Positions 1 to 5,163 of a stretch of DNA of 5,947 nucleotides are shown piece after piece. Source of the stretch: a virus; the IMG/VR virus record IMGVR_UViG_3300025809_000007. One strand, given 5' to 3'. A model generated the notes under the pieces. That model was not told where the DNA came from, ran no database searches, and saw only the letters and a list, made by a program, of their open reading frames with translations. The position numbers and the translations under genes were made by a program. How positions within the stretch are numbered: the stretch's first letter is position 1; the number at the start of each line of letters is the position of its first letter.

Positions 1-127
1 CACCGTCAACGTGATCAGCTAAATCATATCTATTGATTTCTTTTCGCAATTCAGCACGTTCAAGTCGCAATTCAGCTCTTTCCGCGTTTAACTCACGTTC
101 ACGACGTTGTTCATTAATCTGAACATA
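1..127. repeat. Terminal direct repeat, copy 1; exact duplicate of 5821-5947, marking the circular-genome assembly overlap
   Basis: Compared base by base: 1-127 (caccgtcaacgtgatcagct...tcattaatctgaacata) is identical to 5821-5947. An ORF reads through the junction in frame. Confidence 0.95.
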
Positions 128-499
128 CTTCATTACTTTTTCCATATCAGAAGATTGTCCGCGTGTTCTTGGCTCGATATTTGTGTATGATGCTAAATCG
201 CTGTTTTCAACGATTTGCTGAATATCGCGCAGTTTTACAAACGTATCAGATTCTTTATCTGCTTTAATAAGTACGTATGCTGTTTCTAATGTTGCAAATT
301 CTACTTTCGTATAATTTGTAAACATTCCCACTAATTTTGCGTCTTTCATGTTTTTGTTATTTGATACCCAAATTTCAGCAAGTGAATTTGTTGTGCATTC
401 AAATTTAAATCGTGTTGGACGATTTGTTTCAAAATTGATTGTTTGTCCGTTTTTTAGTGGTGACCATTCTGAAATGTTACCATATTGTATTCTATTCAT
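1..499 (-). CDS. Hypothetical protein, N-terminal 166 codons of a 189-aa ORF that wraps the linearisation point; possible scaffolding or other structural protein
   Basis: ATG at 499-497 (minus strand), preceded by AGGA (510-507) with a 7-nt spacer. The frame stays open to base 1: MNRIQYGNISEWSPLKNGQTINFETNRPTRFKFECTTNSLAEIWVSNNKNMKDAKLVGMFTNYTKVEFATLETAYVLIKADKESDTFVKLRDIQQIVENSDLASYTNIEPRTRGQSSDMEKVMKYVQINEQRRERELNAERAELRLERAELRKEINRYDLADHVDG... It continues at 5820 in the circle. It is missing from the ORF track because it has no stop inside this end of the window. I recognise no family motif. Confidence 0.7.
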   Translation of the reverse strand, partial: MNRIQYGNISEWSPLKNGQTINFETNRPTRFKFECTTNSLAEIWVSNNKNMKDAKLVGMFTNYTKVEFATLETAYVLIKADKESDTFVKLRDIQQIVENSDLASYTNIEPRTRGQSSDMEKVMKYVQINEQRRERELNAERAELRLERAELRKEINRYDLADHVDG

Positions 500-525
500 T
501 TGTTTTTCCTTTTTTTTTGATTTGT

Positions 526-557
526 TTGACGGGGCAGGGGAGGGGCTACCCCGTCAA
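526..557 (-). other. GC-rich stem-loop in the VP1-to-next-gene intergenic spacer
   Basis: ttgacgggg (526-534) is the exact reverse complement of ccccgtcaa (549-557), giving a 9-bp stem with a 14-nt loop, caggggaggggcta. It lies 6 nt past the VP1 stop (563-565). On the coding strand an A-run follows it, not a U-run. Confidence 0.6.
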
Positions 558-562
558 TTTCA

Positions 563-2224
563 TTACTTCACAATTCGTGCTTGTTGCACTTGATCAGTAA
601 TGTGTTCGTAATCGCTGTCATCTCCATCGCCCTCTGTTAGAGGTGCTCCGAATTGTGTATTTCCAACGATATTAATGTCGCTTAGTAAGCTTATTTCAAA
701 ACTATCACCTAATTGATCTGCAAACGGTTTTTTATGAAGACCTTGGCATAAATACCAAGTTTCATTTAAAGTCGGGTTAAGCGTTTCTACGCTCCATATT
801 CGACTTCTGTCTTCTGTGTAAGCATCGTTTGCAGGTCGGTAAAATTTTCCGCCAACATTTGCTGTGTCGCGCTTCCATTGTGAATTCATTGGTGCGTACC
901 CAAATGTTGCATCAGGCGTTGCGTGTTCGATATCAATTTCGTTGTTTTTGATCACACGGATTTGCTCTGGATCAAGCAAATCAGGTAACGCGTTCGGTAA
1001 TTCGTCAGGGTCTGACATATGTAAAAAATGATCTTTTTTACGTTCGAATAACCGTTCTGGCATTATAGATGCACATATCAATAATGTACCACCGCAATTC
1101 ATTTGTGGTAATCTGATATTTAAATCAACTGTGGCTGAACCCACTGTTGCTGATTTATCTAAATTTGCGCCATCTGTTGCATATCGCTGATTATAACTAA
1201 TCATTGCTCTTTGTTTTGCCAATAGTATTGGCTGTTGCATAGCGGTTTCTGGCATTCTGATACCTGACATTAACATGTCAATAATTTCGTCGTCCAGTCC
1301 GTTATATTTTTCGCGTATTTTTGCAAATCCTGCTGTTTTTCTTGCTAACTCAATATCAGCAAGTGACATTGTTGCGTTTCCGCCTGTTGTTAGCTCTGCA
1401 TATATTTCGTCAAATAGATACATATCGCCCTGATCTATAATCTCAGCGCCAGACATTGCAGGTGAATACCCTAATGTATCTGTTGTTGTATCATTTGATG
1501 ATGCAGTTCCCGTAATATGATCACGTGAATATTTTGGTGCTTTAACTGGTGCTTGAAATGTCAAACCTTGTAATGACACCTCGCCATCAATTAAAGAGCT
1601 GTCAAAATCGGGAACGATATTTTCCATGCTTGTATTTAGCCAAAATGCTTCTGCTAAAGTATGGTCAAATTGATTTCGTAAGGGCAATGATGGTGATCTT
1701 GCCTTACGCATATGGTTTACAACTTGGTTATAACTTTGAACTAATGTGTTATTTAATTTATCACCTTTAAAGTGAATCCCCATTGTTTGATAAAATTGTC
1801 CGCGACCGTGTTGTGGTAATGTATCCCACGAAGAAGGAGTACCAACGGTAACAGCTTGAGTAGATGTATTTAAATATTTATTTGTTTCAAAAAATGGAAT
1901 TACGCTTCCTGCAGTTCCAACCTTTTTTTGATATGATTTGTTGAATTCATGTAATGATCCACCAAATTGTTCATGTGCCAAATGTGGTACAAAATGGGCA
2001 TAGACTGTTACAGCTATTCCGTTTTGCAACATTTCGGCAGTTTCTTCCATGGCTATATTTACACGTACACGGCCGTTTTTAATGCCGTCTTCTCTGTGTA
2101 GCCATTCTGATTTTAATGGTAAAAATTTACCTGCATCTGCTGATGTCAGCAGACGTCCTTTTACGTTTCGTACCGTTTTAGGTATCGAAATCGGTGCGTT
2201 AGGTATTAGTTCGGTTGCTCTCAT
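563..2224 (-). CDS. Microviridae major capsid protein (VP1 / protein F family), 553 aa
   Basis: It is the longest ORF, with AGGAG (2235-2231) 6 nt upstream of the ATG at 2224. Its size and overall sequence character (N-terminus MRATELIPNAPISIPKTVRNVKGRLLTS..., then ...VTVYAHFVPHLAHEQF...) look like microvirus F/VP1 capsid proteins. The neighbouring pilot and Rep genes fit this call. Confidence 0.93.
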   Translation of the reverse strand: MRATELIPNAPISIPKTVRNVKGRLLTSADAGKFLPLKSEWLHREDGIKNGRVRVNIAMEETAEMLQNGIAVTVYAHFVPHLAHEQFGGSLHEFNKSYQKKVGTAGSVIPFFETNKYLNTSTQAVTVGTPSSWDTLPQHGRGQFYQTMGIHFKGDKLNNTLVQSYNQVVNHMRKARSPSLPLRNQFDHTLAEAFWLNTSMENIVPDFDSSLIDGEVSLQGLTFQAPVKAPKYSRDHITGTASSNDTTTDTLGYSPAMSGAEIIDQGDMYLFDEIYAELTTGGNATMSLADIELARKTAGFAKIREKYNGLDDEIIDMLMSGIRMPETAMQQPILLAKQRAMISYNQRYATDGANLDKSATVGSATVDLNIRLPQMNCGGTLLICASIMPERLFERKKDHFLHMSDPDELPNALPDLLDPEQIRVIKNNEIDIEHATPDATFGYAPMNSQWKRDTANVGGKFYRPANDAYTEDRSRIWSVETLNPTLNETWYLCQGLHKKPFADQLGDSFEISLLSDINIVGNTQFGAPLTEGDGDDSDYEHITDQVQQARIVK

Positions 2225-2263
2225 TTTTTTCTCCTAATAATGAGGTTGATAATTTTTCTTATT

Positions 2264-2281
2264 TTTTTGCACTTTTTGCAC
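2264..2281. repeat. Perfect tandem 9-mer x2 (coding strand GTGCAAAAA GTGCAAAAA) in the VP2-VP1 intergenic spacer
   Basis: tttttgcac at 2264-2272 recurs immediately at 2273-2281, directly after the VP2 stop (2283-2285). Confidence 0.6.
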
Positions 2282-2282
2282 A

Positions 2283-3320
2283 TCAATAATCGCTTCTTAT
2301 AAAGCCATTAATTTCGTCTTGTATTTTACGTGCATTTGTAGTTAATCCACGTATTGATTGATTAAAGAAACCAGTAACATTTTTCATAAATGGTACTCGT
2401 GCGTTTTTTGCTTTGTCTGATAATACAGGGGGTGACTTAACTTTATCTTTAAAAAAGTTAGTTGCGTCATCAGCTAAATTATAAGCTGTTGTATATGCAG
2501 TTGAATAGGGCATGCCTAATTCATTTGAAATAGATAAGAAGGCATCTAAAAAACCATTTCCTGTTTTTTGTTTTACATTTGATGCAGCATTAATACCGTC
2601 TTGTATTACACTATCTGCAATATCTAAATGTGATGTTAAAATAACATCTGCCCAATTATCTCCAAACAAATCTTCCAATTCTTGTGCAGTTAAAGGTGTA
2701 TTGGGTAAAATACGCAAACGTTCAGCTACGGCTTTATTCATTTGTCGTGTATTTTTTCCAATTTGTATGGGTATTGTGTCGCCATATCCTGCATATGGAT
2801 CGTCATCGATACCCATAAGTTGATAGGCTTTTGAGTTTGTCATGATTTCCAAATCTCGTGCTTTTTGTTGATATGCGCCGTCCGTGTAATTTGTAATTCC
2901 ATTACCTAAAGCGCTATAGAAATTAGCACTTGATAATCCGCCTGCATATCCTCTTTGAAACCCTTGACCGCCCGTTGCCCTTAAAGCTGTCAAAGGGTTG
3001 AATCCTGCTCTCTCTGCTTCGTTTCGCAGTTTAACAAGATCTGTTTGTTGCGCATTGTGATGCGCTTTTGTTGCTTTATGATTTCCGTAGGCTTGTAATG
3101 CCCCAGAAATTACAGCTGATGTTCCTCCTCTGGACAATGAATTTTTTAATGTTCCAGAGAATATACCTTGTTTTGCAGTTCCACCTGATGGGTGGCCTGA
3201 TCTATTATTTGTGTATAATGTAGTCTGCGCGCCGCGACCAATAGCGCCGCCGACTTGCCTACCTACTGGGCCGCCATAATAACCGCCAACAGTTTCGCCT
3301 AAGTCTTCCCAAAAACCCAT
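2283..3320 (-). CDS. VP2-like DNA pilot / minor capsid protein, 345 aa
   Basis: The N-terminal third is Gly-rich (MGFWEDLGETVGGYYGGPVGRQVGGAIGRG...). It is followed by ...LVKLRNEAERAGFNPLTALRATGG..., which resembles the conserved AG(L/F)NP segment of gokushovirus-type VP2 proteins. GGGAG (3333-3329) sits 8 nt upstream of the ATG at 3320. The gene is adjacent to the major capsid gene. Confidence 0.82.
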   Translation of the reverse strand: MGFWEDLGETVGGYYGGPVGRQVGGAIGRGAQTTLYTNNRSGHPSGGTAKQGIFSGTLKNSLSRGGTSAVISGALQAYGNHKATKAHHNAQQTDLVKLRNEAERAGFNPLTALRATGGQGFQRGYAGGLSSANFYSALGNGITNYTDGAYQQKARDLEIMTNSKAYQLMGIDDDPYAGYGDTIPIQIGKNTRQMNKAVAERLRILPNTPLTAQELEDLFGDNWADVILTSHLDIADSVIQDGINAASNVKQKTGNGFLDAFLSISNELGMPYSTAYTTAYNLADDATNFFKDKVKSPPVLSDKAKNARVPFMKNVTGFFNQSIRGLTTNARKIQDEINGFIRSDY

Positions 3321-3416
3321 TTATAATACTCCCGAATTTATCAACGTGTCAGAGAATAGGGCAATACCCATAACTATTCCTGCTACTGTTGCGATAATAA
3401 TGTCTTTTAATTTCAT
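3321..3416 (-). CDS. Small hydrophobic protein, 31 aa, one predicted transmembrane helix
   Basis: Hand translation gives MKLKDIIIATVAGIVMGIALFSDTLINSGVL*. A strong SD, GGAGGTGGA (3429-3421), precedes the ATG at 3416. That ATG overlaps the upstream ORF's TGA (ATGA, 3416-3413). Its TAA (3323-3321) directly abuts the VP2 ATG (3320). It is too short for the ORF track. Confidence 0.55.
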   Translation of the reverse strand: MKLKDIIIATVAGIVMGIALFSDTLINSGVL

Positions 3417-3592
3417 TTGATCCACCTCCGTGTTATGAGGTCGATTGATACGCCCGCAAGAGCGGTAAATCCCAAAACGATACTATCTGTAGTACCGACT
3501 GCAATTCCTGCTCCAGCTAAGCTAGATCCCAAAATTGTTCCCATACGGGAAATTATGGGTTTAAGAATTTGTTTAATTAGTAGAATTTGCAA
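3413..3592 (-). CDS. Small membrane protein, 59 aa from a TTG start (43 aa if the ATG at 3544 is used); probably two hydrophobic segments and a basic C-terminus
   Basis: Hand translation gives (M)QILLIKQILKPIISRMGTILGSSLAGAGIAVGTTDSIVLGFTALAGVSIDLITRRWIK*. AAGGAG (3604-3599) lies 6 nt upstream of the TTG at 3592, and an in-frame stop sits just upstream at 3598-3596. The stop overlaps the next ORF's start (ATGA). It contains a Gly/Ala-rich small-residue stretch (GSSLAGAGIAVG). Confidence 0.5.
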   Translation of the reverse strand: MQILLIKQILKPIISRMGTILGSSLAGAGIAVGTTDSIVLGFTALAGVSIDLITRRWIK

Positions 3593-3600
3593 TTTTTACT

Positions 3601-3617
3601 CCTTCTTTATTAGAAGG
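3601..3617 (-). promoter_or_regulatory. Small hairpin overlapping the SD of the 59-aa ORF
   Basis: ccttct (3601-3606) is the reverse complement of agaagg (3612-3617), with a 5-nt loop. On the mRNA this reads CCUUCUaauaaAGAAGGAG, so four of the six SD bases (AAGGAG) sit in the 3' arm. Confidence 0.35.
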
Positions 3618-3789
3618 GGCAAAGTGTCCAATGGCCGATAATATATATTATGTTGCATTGTGAGACTCTGTTTTGACCCCTTGTTGATAACTGATGTTAT
3701 TTATTTGTTTTTGTCAATAGCTTATTTTTATTTTTGTATCTTTTTTATACTTTAAGCACCCTACCCGTCGCTTCGCTAGGGAAGGGCAC

Positions 3790-4095
3790 TTAACACCAAG
3801 GTATATATACGCCGCCGCCGCCGCGGCCTTTGCGTTTGTTATCACGTGGTTTATCCACACATCGTACACGCAAGGGTTTTTGCCTTGAAGATGGGTCATC
3901 TGTGTTTTTCCTTTGGCGTTCGCCAGATTGTGTGGCATTTGAAGAACGTTGTGGCAACGTTATCGGCGCAACTAGTATTTTGCTTGTTCTTAAAATGGTA
4001 TTTTTGCCCAAGGTACCTCTTGGGCTGTTTTTCGTGATTTTATTTGTGTACCTTGTTTTATTGTTTTTACGACCTCTGGTCTTTGCTCTTGCCAT
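3790..4095 (-). CDS. Highly basic 101-aa protein overlapping the Rep 3' end out of frame; candidate ssDNA-binding/packaging protein (J / VP5-like role)
   Basis: GAGGA (4106-4102) lies 6 nt upstream of the ATG at 4095. The protein, MARAKTRGRKNNKTRYTNKITKNSPRG...KPRDNKRKGRGGGGVYIPWC, has about 27 K+R against 5 D+E. It overlaps Rep for 106 nt, then covers about 200 nt that would otherwise be non-coding. A basic alternate-frame ORF could arise by chance in A-rich coding sequence. Confidence 0.5.
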   Translation of the reverse strand: MARAKTRGRKNNKTRYTNKITKNSPRGTLGKNTILRTSKILVAPITLPQRSSNATQSGERQRKNTDDPSSRQKPLRVRCVDKPRDNKRKGRGGGGVYIPWC

Positions 4096-5039
4096 ATTTG
4101 ATCCTCAGTTATTACTTTTATGTGGTCATCATAATCATTTTCCCAATAATATATTGGGATATCGTCATAGGTGCCTTCGACTAAATACATGCTTTCATTT
4201 AGTCCTTTTCCTGTTTGTTCTTGCCATTCTTCGACATACTTTACAGGTCTGTAATGTAGTCGTTTTTCTAATTCATCATCGGTGTAGTCTATATGGGTTT
4301 TTTTATCGATATATTCGTCAATATATTCGGAATTCCATTTGTAATCATGGGTTTGATCCCATTGTTCCATGAATTCGTCTAAAAAGTTTTCTCTTGTTTT
4401 TCCCATCATATAGAACTTTTTTTCGTTGTTTTGATTATCTTTTATGTTTTTGATTTTGTAATATGGATTTTGCGGGGCTAATCCATTTTGTACGTATAGT
4501 TTGGCTAATTCTTTAAAGAATTGGTGTCCGATTGGTGGTTTTTTTGACATACTAAAGCATTTTTCGCTTTGTATTTGGTCTTGATCTTTTAATATGTACT
4601 TAAGTGCATATCTAAAACCCTTCCAATCTGGTTGTTGAAAATAGACGAGGCCATTTTTCCAAAACTTCCAACGTATCCGTTTATCTTGTTCCACGTCAGG
4701 ATATGCGCCGGTGAAGAATAACAGGCAGTGAAAGTGGCTTCTCCCCTTTTTTGACCCGTATTCTCCAACGACACAATATCTGACTTTATATTTTCGACGT
4801 AGCCTTTTCATAAAGTCTTGAACGTCTTTGTAAACTAACGCTATCGTGTGTACTTCCTCTTTTCTCTCCGCCATTATTTTGTCGTCGTAGGTTAGTGTTA
4901 CTGAGTACGTTTTCGTTGAAAACATACTCTCAGCAGTGCATCGCGCTGTCCAGTCATTGACTTTCGTTGCTCTACACTGCCAGCATTGTGAACAACCCAC
5001 CTGAATACCGCTATCTAATGTTGAAGGGTTCAAGCACAT
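3990..5039 (-). CDS. Rolling-circle replication initiator, HUH endonuclease (Microviridae VP4 / protein A family), 349 aa
   Basis: All three RCR motifs are present. Motif I is SVTLTY (aa 46-51, nt 4904-4887). Motif II (HUH) is HFHCLLF (aa 102-108; H codons checked at 4736-4734 and 4730-4728). Motif III is YALKYILK with two tyrosines three residues apart (Y144 at 4610-4608, Y148 at 4598-4596), as in phiX174 protein A. The N-terminus has a Cys cluster: MC-x13-C-x2-C-x2-C. Confidence 0.95.
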   Translation of the reverse strand: MCLNPSTLDSGIQVGCSQCWQCRATKVNDWTARCTAESMFSTKTYSVTLTYDDKIMAERKEEVHTIALVYKDVQDFMKRLRRKYKVRYCVVGEYGSKKGRSHFHCLLFFTGAYPDVEQDKRIRWKFWKNGLVYFQQPDWKGFRYALKYILKDQDQIQSEKCFSMSKKPPIGHQFFKELAKLYVQNGLAPQNPYYKIKNIKDNQNNEKKFYMMGKTRENFLDEFMEQWDQTHDYKWNSEYIDEYIDKKTHIDYTDDELEKRLHYRPVKYVEEWQEQTGKGLNESMYLVEGTYDDIPIYYWENDYDDHIKVITEDQIWQEQRPEVVKTIKQGTQIKSRKTAQEVPWAKIPF

Positions 5040-5100
5040 ATCGATTTCCGGTGGTTTGTGTCACTAATGCATATATCTAACAAGTAGTATGGTTTTGCTC

Positions 5101-5145
5101 GACGGGAACGAACTCCAATACTTGGAGTTTCCGTTCGTTCCCGTC
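5101..5145 (-). other. Long interrupted stem-loop between the peptidase stop and the Rep start
   Basis: gacgggaacgaac (5101-5113) is the exact reverse complement of gttcgttcccgtc (5133-5145), giving 13 bp. An inner helix pairs tccaa (5114-5118) with ttgga (5122-5126) around a tac loop. An alternative register pairs 10 bp plus 8 bp. Either way about 18 bp pair within 45 nt. Confidence 0.7.
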
Positions 5146-5163
5146 TGAGTTTGTTCAAACTCA
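5146..5163 (-). other. Short hairpin enclosing the peptidase stop codon
   Basis: tgagttt (5146-5152) pairs with aaactca (5157-5163) around a gttc loop. It directly abuts the long hairpin. Confidence 0.4.

Noticed and set aside
526-557. Calling the hairpins at 526-557 and 5101-5145 canonical rho-independent terminators, or the GGGG runs a G-quadruplex
   Set aside because: On the coding strand neither stem is followed by a U-tract; A-rich or mixed sequence follows. Only three GGGG tracts are present at 531-545, and they are on the non-coding strand, one short of a canonical four-tract quadruplex.
348-593. Plus-strand ORFs in the track (348..593, 1549..1770, 2049..2237, 2512..2823, 3417..3641, 5373..5627, 5465..5677)
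   Set aside because: Each is a short antisense shadow of a well-supported minus-strand gene, with no convincing SD and no recognisable motif. 3417..3641 is antisense to the SD-led, coupled mini-ORFs.
3689-3717. Sigma-70 promoter anchored on the perfect TTGACA (coding strand, 3717-3712)
   Set aside because: With 16-18-nt spacers the -10 position reads atcagt, tcagtt or cagtta, none close to TATAAT. The nearest TA-rich hexamer (TAACAT) is only 11 nt away. I mention it as a motif in the non-coding-region finding but do not call a promoter.
3714-3938. Minus-strand 74-aa ORF (MPHNLANAKGKTQ...AAAAAA...) running into the non-coding region
   Set aside because: No SD lies upstream of its ATG (3938). 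It competes with the SD-led basic ORF in another frame, and its poly-Ala comes from the same GCC repeat. I kept it only as an unlikely alternative reading.
3830-4372. Plus-strand 180-aa ORF (and nested 3846..4037) antisense to Rep
   Set aside because: It lies entirely antisense to a Rep gene with strong motif support, and I see no SD. The product is low-complexity and Leu/Phe/Val-rich, as expected from the complement of A-rich codons. All supported genes are on the other strand.
4589-4774. Minus-strand 61-aa ORF nested in Rep in another frame
   Set aside because: It is short, has no SD, and overlaps the Rep HUH-to-Tyr core, where constraint from Rep explains the open frame. Nothing supports it beyond being open.
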